A stretch of DNA of 60,516 nucleotides, filler included, from Hausera hauseri (lineage: Eukaryota), in NCBI GenBank assembly GCA_046269625.1. It is 10 parts of 10 records of this genome, joined end to end, with 100 filler letters (N's around TTAATTAATTAA, not from the genome) between each part and the next. Parts side by side here need not be neighbours in the genome. Positions count along the whole stretch, not along the records: positions 21,692 to 27,739 come from JBJURY010148201.1; positions 27,840 to 32,220 come from JBJURY010608777.1; positions 32,321 to 41,592 come from JBJURY010412144.1; 7 more parts are not named here. One strand, written 5' to 3'. Under the pieces are notes generated by a model that saw nothing but the letters and a program-made list of their open reading frames with translations, did not search any database and had not been told where the DNA came from. The translations under genes were made by a program, and so were the position numbers. Below are positions 25,401 through 36,939 of this stretch, piece by piece (the first letter of the stretch is position 1; each line of letters begins with the position of its first letter).

Positions 25401-27739
25401 CGTTAAGAAATTTTACGGAAAAGGCAAAGACCAAATAGATATTGAAAATGTCATTTTAAAACTTAAGATTGGAGACAAAAATTAGTAATTGTGCCTGGTA
25501 CCGCAATTAAAGCCGTTATGTTACAAGAACACGGTTCGAATTTGGCTGGTCACTCATCTCTAAACAAGACGCTGAAACGTACAACTACAAAATATTGGCC
25601 TCAAATGAATAAACATATTGAAGGATGGATCCGGTCCTGCAAAATGTGCGCTACGAGATAGAGGATTTCGCTTAAAAACCTTTCTGAGAAGCCTTCCGGA
25701 AGAAAGACAACCAATGGATGTTTCCTCAATGGATATTTCCGGACGTTTCCCAGCCTCGAACTCAGGATACAAATATATCCTATCATTTGTTGATTATTAC
25801 TCGAGATATGTCGTTTTAATACCACTGCGGAATATGACCAGCAGTACTGTGGCAGAAGCATTCTTCTACGAAGTCGTGGCCGTATTAGGCACACCGAAAC
25901 AATTATTAACCGATCGAGCACCTTATTTTGTTAGCGAATTATTCTAGAAACTATCGAAAATATTTCAATGTAAGCACCCTTTAACTACATCTTACCATCC
26001 TCAATGTAACGGTATGGTTGAAAGAACAAATCGGAAAATTCAAGGCATTCTCTCAACAAAGGTCCACATGATCAAAAGGACTGGCAGCTTCATTTAAAAA
26101 CCAGCTTTCGCAATCAATACTACACCAACGAAAGGTACCAATCACTCACAATTTGAATTAAAGTTCACACGATTTCCACTACTACTATTGGATACAGAAT
26201 TACTATCATCTTCCTTAAAGACAAGTGATCATATAGACGAGCAATATCAGGATTTACTACAGACTCAAATATTTTCAAAAGGAAGCTGAAGAATTTAAAG
26301 AAAAATATAAGACAGGTTACAAGAAGCAGTTTAATAAAAAGCACGTCCACACTTACAAAATTGGTGATTATATAATGGTACATTATCCTGCCGTAAAGAA
26401 AGGAAAATCGCTGAAACTGACATGCACTGGCCAAGGATGTACGTCCAAACTCTTTTCATCCAAAAAGGACCGAAAAAATATGAAGCCGTATCGGTGCAAC
26501 GAGTCACTAAAGCACCTACATCTTATAACGAATAAATACGACAAGCAGAGCTAGACTCACTAGATATGGTAGAACCTAAAGTAGCTGCTTTGACTCAGAA
26601 TCAACACATGGATAATCAGGAACCTAAATATTAGCGAGTTCACCTCAAGTTGAATAGACACTTCGGTATTGTTTTACTGATTGATGTTTTTTCTAAAATC
26701 TACAATCGCCTTAAACAACACTACTACTATGCAAATAACAAATTTTGAATTGGCCCAATGCACCACCATTGTTTACGTCGATAAAAATAAACTTAGCATT
26801 TGCCGTAGGACGCACTTACCGGTATATGCACAACACCAAGTGCACTTTATATTCATATCATCGGAAAACCGATCATCTAGTTGTTTAATCACGGAAAGGC
26901 ACTATAAAACTCGTCAACTAAGATACAACACGTCTTATACCTATCACGTACTAATAAAAACTTGATCACGATGGATATATCGCTAAATGGGACTCACATA
27001 AGTATTCACATTCCAACCCATGAGATCATGACGACGTTGGATGAGTCAGACATTGTAAATTACGACGGTTTTTCTTCTCAATTATTCCAGTTAATGTCGA
27101 AATCTCGGAAGTAAATCCGAACCCTCCATGCATTAATTTCCGAACCACACAATTACTTCCCGCATGATACGAAATCAGAATATAGTTCGATTCATACTCC
27201 GTATCTGTATTTCAACCACATTACTGTTACCTCAGTAAATGGTGCACTCAAGTATGCTGTACATTCTATTCACATATCTGATATACAATCCGTTTTGATA
27301 TGTATCTAGAGTTGAACGCAGGTCTCAGTAAACAAAAACACTCTTATCGATTACCAATTCTTATCTCCGTCAAACGCGCACAAAAGAAACCGATTCCAAA
27401 CCCTGTAACAAGAACAACGATTACACAAATAACACGGGTAGTCGCCCATAAGGGTAGGAGAGAATATGATCTTCACAAGCTAAAAGAAAAGCCAAAGCCA
27501 AAAGTAAACAAGCACATATTTCACGGAAAACTTATGAACGAATTTCGAATAAAGGTCAGACTAACATCAAGTACTACAACAAACGGAATTTTTGTGAGAA
27601 ATTGACTCCAGACACGAATTATTTAGTAGCTATAAAAACTCACGATAAGTCCAAACTCCTGGCTATAAAGATATTACCCACGGCAGACAATTTTAGATAC
27701 ATCAGATATAATGATGACGATGAAAAAATGAAAATAACC
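22480..27739 (+). mobile_element. Second gypsy family, decayed: gag, unknown region, (PR and most RT deleted), RNaseH, IN, post-IN signal peptide plus FN3-like ectodomain
   Basis: QFLNGLSPELR, CFRCNKTGH (23080), QTDA..., MDISGRFP, LTDRAPYF, YHPQCNGMVER, then FGIVLLLMFFLKSTIA and LTPDTNYLVAIKTH. Confidence 0.82.
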
Positions 27740-27839
27740 NNNNNNNNNNNNNNNNNNNNNNNNNNNNNNNNNNNNNNNNNNNNTTAATTAATTAANNNNN
27801 NNNNNNNNNNNNNNNNNNNNNNNNNNNNNNNNNNNNNNN

Positions 27840-28924
27840 CTAACTAATCGGCTATAGCTACCATTCGAATAGTATCTCAGGTCCGCAGCTTCTGCGCGGC
27901 ACACTGGGCATGTAGTCTTACCGTTCTCTAATGTCCATTTTTCTAGACAGAACCTACAATATTTGTGTCGACAATCCGGGTTATTTAGTCTTACATGCCC
28001 TTGTTTTAAATTGGCTTCACAGACGGGACATTCTTCTTCCTCTTTTTCCCACTTTTCATCATCTAAATCCACTCTCAGCATAATTTCGATGGGCTCTAGG
28101 ATCAACCCGTCTTTGTCCTGATATAAGTAAGCCGCAATTCTTTTTTCTTTGGGATTTATCGAACTCTTTTTCGGATCGCATCCTACCGATATTAGGGTCC
28201 AATCACTGATGGTGTCTCGATCTAAGTCGGGAACCTCTCCAGTCGACTGGTACCTTTGATATTGCTTCTTTAGCATCATCTTAACTGATTTATCAACAGG
28301 TAACAAAAGTTTACCATTTCTTCTTGATTGAAATATTGGAGCGACATATTTTCCTATCTTGTGGTTCTCCCAAACATACGTATTTTCATAAACTTGTCGA
28401 GCAGGCACCGCTTTTACAAAAAACATTGCTTCTTTAATTTTCTGTTTGCTGTAGTACTCGGTAGCTACTAGTATACGGGGGTAATCGGTCGTGGTGGTAT
28501 AATGAACGTTGTCCGCTGACGTCTTTTTCCTTAAAACGTTTACTTCGATTATTTGTTCTTTTTTTCTGTCCGGTTTCGAACCTTCTTCCCTCCTGTTTTC
28601 TTGTTTGCATGTCAGTGTGGGCTCCGATCTTTGTTTCTCTTTTCTTTCTCCTTCCTTACTTCTTTTCTTAAATAAGTAGTCAAAAACGGATGTTTTCCTT
28701 TTTGCCGTTTTCCCGCTTTCGGCTTCTAGTTTCCGAGGAATTTCAGGTACCTTAAATAAACAATCCTTTGTGGAACAGCTTGTACTGGGTTTTTCTTGGA
28801 TTTGCTTTTGAGTTTGTACTGCTTCGACTTCCGACCCCTTTATAGTTATCTGATAATTCCATTTTGGGGTAATTTCAACGCTCCTAGGTGGAGAATATAG
28901 GCGAAAACGTCTGCGGTAACGCAT
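27840..28924 (-). CDS. Accessory protein with C-terminal C3HC4 RING finger
   Basis: CPVC-x15-CRHKYCRFC-x11-CPVCR; Lys-rich N-half; homolog at 59321-60450. Confidence 0.85.
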
Positions 28925-28993
28925 ATTAAAATCTTGGGTTCTTGGAAAATTTATTAGGTTTTGTGCAGGATTTTGGGGAACCCACTCATGCTC

Positions 28994-30262
28994 TCAATTC
29001 AGTCCAGCACTTATATCTCGTAGGTACTGGGATCTTTGGCTGGCGGTCAATATTCTACTAATTTTCATATTTCCCCCGGTCATAGTTTCTATCATTAACT
29101 TAAACCGGCCTTCTGGGGTTAATAAAATATGTCCTCTTCTTTCTTTATCTTTGATCTGCATCTGTTTCACTACATATGGGTGAGATTCTATTTCTCTTAT
29201 TCCAGCTAAGTATTCTATTGGTATATCTAGTTTTCTCATTATTCCTTCTACTTGATACCCCACTAAGACGTATCCGTAGAAACATTGTGCCACCTCTTGT
29301 TGTACTAGTCTGACGTCCTTCCCTTGACTCAATTGGTCTCATCTAATCCCAGTAACTTCCGCGTGAGTTTCAAGCATCTTTTTTCTTGTAGTAATAGTTT
29401 TCGAATAGATTTCGACTCCATTTTCTTCCCGGATGGATATTTCTATCGGAATATAATCTTCTTCCCCCTCTCCATAATTTACTGCTACAATTCGGATATT
29501 GCGGTCATCTGCTACCAGCCTAAAAGACTGTAGATGATTTTCTTGTTCTAGTTCTGTAGGCTTTTGTCTAAATTTTATAATAGGTAGTATGGTATGTTCT
29601 GGTTCTTCTTTAGTTGTTTCGATAATCATTTTGACTGGCAGAGCGGCTACGCGGAACTCTAATTTTCTATCTTTGAAGTTCTTGCTATCGAACACGAACG
29701 TGCTAAATCGGTTTTGTCTTCTTTGGGAGGAATCCCATTTTTGCTCTTTCAACCGATAATATATTTCTCCGTCGGCTAGATGTACATATATTCTTTGTTT
29801 CTCGTTTACTTGGTATTGAGCGATTTGCTTAAAGGAATAGTCTCTGGCGTCTTTATCTTCTCTCCATGCGTATAGATATACTGTCCGATTTTCCTCGGTC
29901 ATTCCTTTAAGGCCATTTGGGATTTCGCTGACTCTATCATATTGGGCCATATTTTTTTCTTGTAATTCATTATTGATCTGTCTATATATGGCTTTAGAAT
30001 TTGGAATTCGTACAGTCACAGTTTTCTGCAAAAATTTGTCGATACTAAGTCGGCTTGCAGCATTTTGAGTGTCATTTTCGGTGTCGATTCTAATTCGGCT
30101 CGCATTCTCCCCTGCGTCGATCCTAAGTCGGCTAGAATCCATTCGCGTCTGGTTACTTACCAATCTGAAGAAAAAGAGATAAAGGTTAATTCTAAAACAA
30201 AGAATTGTTTTGAACCAAAACCAATTCTGTGTTTGATGACAGAATATCCTGTTCTGTAATTG
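28994..30262 (-). CDS. Accessory ORF of unknown function (in frame after TGA 30263; one internal stop at 29339)
   Basis: ORFs 29339-30163 and 28994-29332 share a frame; homologous region in copy C has no stop at that site (VTGIMKVQL). Confidence 0.72.
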
Positions 30263-32220
30263 TCAGGTTATTTTATCATATGGATCTAAGGAATTCTCCA
30301 GCTCCCTTAGTTCCCGTTCCGAATTTTTATGGCGCTTAAAATAACAGTTTTTGGTGACTAATCGAAAAATCGCAATTAATATGATGAGAACAATTACTGA
30401 CGATACCACGATAGATACAACTGTTAGTGTAGTTAATTTCATTGGTGCTTGTGTGGTGACTCGAGTTGTGATCTGCTCATAATCATGGGATTCTGTACGG
30501 ATTTCCTCTAAAGTTCGTACTGTAATTGTCTGATTTTGTTTGTTTTCTGCATATACTTGCACTATATATTTAGTTTGTGGCTTTAATAAGTTACATTCTG
30601 TTTGATACGTATTTTTGAACAGCGTCACCACATGGTTACCATATGTTGTCCGACAATTTATATATATGTCGTAGTCTTGTTTCTCTTCCACGAAAAACAC
30701 AATTTTAGACCAATATAATGAATATTTAATAGAAATACTCCCTAATTCTCCTTTAGGCACGCTGGTCGACAAAATGGTCGACGTAATGGTACTAATTTGA
30801 ATAGTTGATTTCTTTGTGGTTGTCTCTATTGAAATTTTCCAAATTTTATTTTCCAGATAGTAAGTTCGTAGTTGTACACTTGGCTTGTTAGGCTGTACTT
30901 TATATAAGTCAAGTCTTATCTTGAATTCTCGGTTTACAGGTATTTTGCAGCAAGGATTCTGCACACCTGCTCGAATAGAACAATATTCTATTTTCGGTGT
31001 CGGTCCATCTGTTGCTTCGAACGTAATACTGATTTCCTGACTAAAAGTTAATCCTGTCCTAGCGTTCACTTGGATGCATTGCTCGTCTTTATTTACAGAA
31101 ACTTTCTGGATATTTGCATCTAACATCCTTATATTTGGATCGGTGTTCCGAATTATCTCGTCCGTTTTCGCTTGGCTTGCATCCTTTTGTTGTGGCATTT
31201 GTATTATGAGCTCGGAGGCTATGTTGGCTTGAGCCCCAAACTTATAGGAATAGAATAGCTGAAAGCTATACCTGTAAACTTTCCCGAAATCTAGATTACA
31301 ACATCTCTTATGATTTCCGTATGGAAAATCACATACACTCACTTCATTCCCATTAGTTATAAATGTTATCTGAAATCCTATGTATCTCTGAACGGGATTG
31401 TCTGTTTCAAACCATGCACATGGTTTTCTCCAATCCATATCCCGTATTCTGAGTGTCTGTAAATTTTGGATATCCCTCTGTTTGGCGCTTGATTTCACCG
31501 TAGGTATGTGCGAAGCGATTAATGATAAGGCTAAGATTATCTGAACATATGATATCGGTCTAGTGACTATTGACGAAGTTTTCACGTCTCGTTGGCGCAA
31601 ATTGTAACGTTTATTTGGTCGTATTTCCGTCTTGACGACCCTTTGTACTGATACAACTTCTTCTTTTCCATTCTTGTTGATATATATTGTGGTCGGTGTC
31701 ACTCGCATAACTTCATAGGGTCCTCTACCCGTACGAGTTAATTTCAGCGAGGTGCCCTTTTTGGCTACTGGATAATGTATATAAACCCAATTTCCTTCCT
31801 CTATATTATGTGGTTTCGCTTTCTTATCATATTGTTTTTTGAATTGCTCTTGATATTCTTGAGATAATTCCTTGGCTATTTCCCAACACCTTTTTAATCG
31901 CGTTTGTAACACCTCTGCAAAGTTCTGTTCTAAATCTTCTGGATTTACTTTGTATGGCGTCATTCCTAAGTCCGTGGGTAATACGGCTTCACGCCCATAC
32001 ATCATGAAAAATGGTATGAATCCGGTCGCTTCGCAACTACTGTTGATAATACACGGATGACGGTGGCATTCATCCGTTCGACCATTCCATTACATTGAGG
32101 GTGATATGCAGTAGTTGTTAATCTCTCGATTTCAAATATTTTGGTGATTTTCTCAAATAATTCACTGGTAAAATTTCTTCCTCTATCCGTTAATATTTGG
32201 TCAGGTGGTCCGTAACGGCA
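30263..32220 (-). CDS. Integrase C-terminus fused in frame to a type I membrane protein with three Cys-containing FN3-like repeats
   Basis: YHPQCNGMVER, MYGREAVLP, GPYEV; internal signal YVQIILALSLIAS; LLKPQTKYIVQVYAEN; TM LTVVSIVVSSVIVLIILIAIF; tail YDKIT; 580 uninterrupted codons. Confidence 0.82.
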
Positions 32221-35105
32221 NNNNNNNNNNNNNNNNNNNNNNNNNNNNNNNNNNNNNNNNNNNNTTAATTAATTAANNNNNNNNNNNNNNNNNNNNNNNN
32301 NNNNNNNNNNNNNNNNNNNNAAAGAGTGCACGAATTGTGGTACCAAAGATTGCTTCAGCAGGTGCACAACCGGTGGTAGTAAACGGCGTGTTGCGCCATT
32401 CGAGTAAAACCAAAGGGAAGATGGTTGTCGAAATCTTATGAGTTTCGGCCAGGATTTTTAACGAGATCTTGAGAGTGCGACGAAAGCGTTCCAATAAGCC
32501 GTTCGACTGGGAATGGTATGGAGTTGTGTGTATGTGGTTTATGTCCAGTCAATTAACTAAAGACTTGAACAGGATCGATTCAAATTGGGGACCTTGGTCT
32601 GTAATTATATAGCGAGGTAAACCGAATCGGCTAATCCAAATCCTTATGAATGCATCAGCAATCTATATTGATGGAGCGCAAAGGGACGGCATCATGCCAA
32701 CGAGTTACGCGGTCCATCATTGTTAAGATAAATTGGTGGCCGTTATCGGAAGGTAATGGGCCAACGATATCTATGTGGACTGACTCAAAGCGGGATGTAC
32801 ATGGGAAATAGAATAATGGTGGTTTAAGATATTTAGCTACTTTGAACTTTTGGAAAGCTACGCATTGCATAACCAAGCTCTGTATATCAGACCTCATTGA
32901 TGTCCATGTTACATGACGTTTCAGAAGGCGGAATGTAGCCTTGGAACCTGGGTGGTGCAAAGAATGAACATGTTGAAATGCAGTTTGTTGGAGAGGAGGT
33001 GCCAAAATTAGCAAATGTTATCCAGGTGTCAAAGTATCCATGGCTATTCCATCGATGATTTGCACGGATTTGTACTGTTTCAAAATTTTATGAGAAGGTG
33101 GATTTTGGATTAACTGGTACTTTGAGAAAATTGGTGTGACGCTAATTGCTCCAACTGACTATAATAAGAAATCGCCTATTGAATTGTCTGTGCCAGAAAT
33201 ATGGCAAATTTTAAAGCTGAATGTTGACAGATATGAGATATGGCGTTCTTGTCGCAGTGATGGTTGTTTCATGTTCATTACGTAAACGAAAGGTTTGTGA
33301 TCCGTTTGGATAGTGAAGGAACGAGCGATAAGCAAATGTGAAAATGTTTCAGAGCTAAAACAATGGACAGGAATTCTCTATCGAAGGTAGAATAACGGCG
33401 TTCTTGTGGCGGCAGCTTGGGTGAAAAGAATTCTAGCGGCTCGTTTATACCTTAAGATATTTGATGAAGAACCGCTCCTACTGCTGTAGTTGATGCGTCG
33501 GTTGTTAAAATGAAGTCAGCATCAGGTTTTGGGTAGGCTAAAATTTCCACTGTTTTTAGCTTGTCGCGGAGTTCATCGAACTGGTTAATAAGTTCTGGTG
33601 TCCAATATATGAGCTTTTTCTTCGGCCCTGCTCCTAGTTGAGCGAAAGGAGCAGTTAACTGGCTACAGTGTGATACATATTTATGGAAAAATGTAATGTC
33701 CCAAGGAAATTACGCATGTCAGTAGTGGTTTGGGTAGTTCGATGTTTCGTTACTGATGAATTCTATCAGGCTGTGGACTGTGACCGTCAGGTTTGATGAC
33801 GTGGCCAAGGAAATTGACCTTTTTCCGGAAGAAAAAACACTTAGAAAAGTTTACTTGCAAATTGTAGTTGTGTGAACGTTGGAAAACTAGTCTGAGATGT
33901 TCTTCATGTTGTTTGGGCGATGCCGATGCGACTAGTATGTCATCAATGTACGGAAATACAAATGACAAGCCTGAAAGAACTGAATCAATGTGCCGTTGAA
34001 AAGTTTGTGCTGCGTTCTTTGAACCGAACGACATGAATGCGTATTCGAACAGACCAAAAGGTGTTATAATGGCCGTTTTTTGAATGTCTTTGGGTTCTAC
34101 CGATATTTGGTGGTAGGCTTTTTCAAGATCTATGATTGAATAAATCGTAGTTTTGTGCAAAGAATGTAATATATCCTTAATCAAAGGTAGAGGATACGCA
34201 TCCATGGTAGAGACGTTATTAAGTTAGCGATAAACGCCGCATGGGTGGAATGTGCCATCTTTTTTGGGACGACGTGGAGTGGTGATTCCCACGGTGATTT
34301 TGACCCTTTTATTATTCCAGCTTGCTCGAGTACAGAGAATTCTGCTTGGACTGCCTGTCGACGGCGTGGTGAAAGTGGGCGGAGTTTTTGCCTAACGGGC
34401 CTAGGATTTTCTGTGATAATATGATTAAATGTCGTGTTAGCCTGTCGAAATGCTGGGTTTTTTTATTGTATGAAAACAGGACTTGGTTAAATATTGTTGC
34501 ATTTCTTGACTAAGCGTAGTAAAGGCTGTTGTTGTCGCGGCAGTGGCTTCATTGGACTTAGTGTCAGGAATGGTAGAAATCGGACCGCCTAAATTGGACT
34601 TCAACTGAAACGTAGGATTGTTTACATTCGAATTAATAAGGTTTTTATTCAAATTGGTTGATGGTTTATTTAATATTGATTTTATAGCCGAAATAGGCTG
34701 CATGATCAGTTCGTTATTTGTGGAGGTGGGCTTTGTTAAACTTATTTTAGTAATCCGACGTTGTCTACAATCTACAAGGAGATTGTAGAAAGATAAGAAA
34801 TCAGACCCAAGTATTGGAGATTGTGTGTTGGCAACGATGAAAGTCCAATTAAAAATGTCGGAGAATAGTGGTAAAGTGAATGAAACCTTGAACGTGCCGA
34901 AAATGCGTAATGCTTGGCCGTTAGCTGTGTATAATTTAATGTTAGATGGTGAGATGGATGGTGTTTTGATGCATGGTGGTAATAAAAAAACAGCTGCCCC
35001 AGAATCAATGAGGAAGTTGATTGATTGATTGGATTCGGAAGCTAACGAGGCTTTTAATGTGAAAACGGCATTAGTACGGCTGTAATGATGAAAACGTTTG
35101 CTTGT

Positions 35106-35147
35106 GCCAGCATGTGCCGAAACATCTGGCGGATTTATGAGTTTTTT
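35106..35147 (-). promoter_or_regulatory. -1 ribosomal frameshift signal (A AAA AAC plus hairpin) between gag and pol
   Basis: Slippery heptamer just before gag TAA; downstream GCCAG-ATGT...ACAT-G-CTGGC stem; -1 frame is open into FLIDSGA. Confidence 0.75.
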
Positions 35148-36100
35148 TGAGGCACAGTATTTATGTTGTTGGAAGGGGTAGGTTGTGATGAATTAGATCG
35201 GATAACAAAAGTGCAACTTGTAACGCAGTTCTGTGCTTTAGAATTGAATTTATTATGGTACATGCAGATAATATGGGATCGTTTTAAATTGGGAACATAA
35301 AATCTGCAACCTAAGCAGCATTTAGTAGAGTTATTTTTGAATTTGGTATGGTAGTAACACACCATTGATCGTGTAGGTGACCTCGCATGCCTTGAATTTT
35401 GAGATGATGTGCGGCTATGGTTCGCATCAAAACGATTTTGTCTAGGCATGATTAAGGCTTCGATTTTTGACGTGAGTGCAGAAATTGCTTGTTGTATGTT
35501 GTCGTTTGCGGCACGTAAAGAATTTATCTGTGAGTTCAGATTAGCTATGTCGCTAGCTTGTTTAGTTGTTGGTACTTGTAACGAAGCGGCTACTAATGGA
35601 GCTGTACGTACCTGTAATATCTCGTGGCTTTGTCAGACAGTTGTGCTAGTTTTTGTAGTGACGATGTGTTCTCTACTATGGTCAACAGTGCACATATATC
35701 TCTAGGTAAATGCTTCAGAAAATATTTGTGTAGTAAATCGGCGTTATTTGCTTGATTAACGCCAAGAGTACTCAACTGAGTTAGTGAGGTTTGAAGAAAT
35801 TCTGAGGGTTTCAATGTGCCTATGGTGTTGCCGTTAAAATATTTGTAGGTAATGTTATCCAGAGATGATTCCGTGATTTTTATAATCGAGTTAAAAGTGT
35901 TTTGTATGGGTCACTGCTTTGGAAAATTTCCTACAAGTTTGGAAGCTGCGACTTAATGTTGTAAGGCAAAAGTATAAGCAAGCTGTTTGCTTTAAGAAAA
36001 GAATCGACAATATTATTCGACCTCAACTAAGCCGCATGAAAGTCCAACCACGTCTGGCTGGAATGTTGCTTGTCAACAAAGTATTTTGCGCAAGGTAGAT
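35135..36100 (-). pseudogene. gag: gag with two tandem CHCC motifs
   Basis: KPSEFL, FLKHLP, CYYHTKFKNNSTKCCLGC and CMYHNKFNSKAQNCVTSC. Confidence 0.8.
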
Positions 36101-36939
36101 TTACAGTAGACGACGGAGGTAGTGGTGAATTTAGCGGTACACTTATAGTAGGAATGTCGGCAAAGTCTTGTTGGTCCTTAGAATGTGCTTTTGGATCCGA
36201 CCCACTTAACGGACGGTAGTGTACAAACAGTATAGTATGTTGGAGGTGAATGGGTGTAACTTGTTATAATGTCGGATTGTCGGCGAAAAAGTCCATTAAA
36301 ACTAAGGCGAAAATTAGCAAAAGTTGTTTGTCGATGTAACATGCCTGACAATTTAGCTATTGTTACTAATTTGTGAATGTAGTAAGTTTGTGTATAATTA
36401 TTTTTAAATAACAAGACAAGTGGGACGAAATTGTGACATAAGTCGGATGTGAAATGTGGTGTTCGAAGTGTAGGCGCGGGAAAATATTCGACAATGTGGC
36501 GCCTGGGCCGCCTAACCGAAGCGTCGGCCACCCCAGTCAACGCTTGCCGATCGTGGCTCGCCAGCTGGAGGGAACCAAAGTAATTTTTCGGACGTGCAAT
36601 AAGTTACTTTTGTTTAGATGTATGTGTCACTATATCTACATTGTAATGAGGTTTGACATTTAATTGTACCTTTTCCGTTGATTTAAATTGTCCAGTACAT
36701 TTTGATGCGTAAACACTATCTGCTTTGTTTGATGGTATAATGTATAAGATTTTCCAGATTGTATTTTTGTTTTGTGAAAGTTTGAAAACTATTGTAGTCA
36801 TTTCAATTTCACATAACACACTAAATTTGTCGTTTTGAGAAGCGAATGATGGAAGTATATCTATTGTCAGGTTTTTTGTACGTGTAACGTGATCTGCAGA
36901 CACATTTGCTGGAGCCATCGGTGACAGAATTTCGGCATT

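Larger units (their letters stand above)
27840..32220 (-). mobile_element. Complex gypsy element copy B: IN C-terminus, membrane protein, accessory ORFs, RING
   Basis: Collinear and homologous to 56050-60516; ORFs nearly intact. Confidence 0.92.
32321..36577 (-). mobile_element. Decayed CsRn1-like Ty3/gypsy element (gag, PR, RT, RNaseH, IN)
   Basis: PBS-like TGGTTCCC at 36577-36570, gag with C-x2-H-x9-C-x3-C motifs, FLIDSGA, YIDD, LTTDAS, HIDIVGPLP; pol closely similar to 1420-3800. Confidence 0.92.

Noticed and set aside
29339-29341. Second possible programmed stop in the accessory ORF
   Set aside because: Copy C has a sense codon (AAA) at this position and context is not CAR-YYA; likely decay
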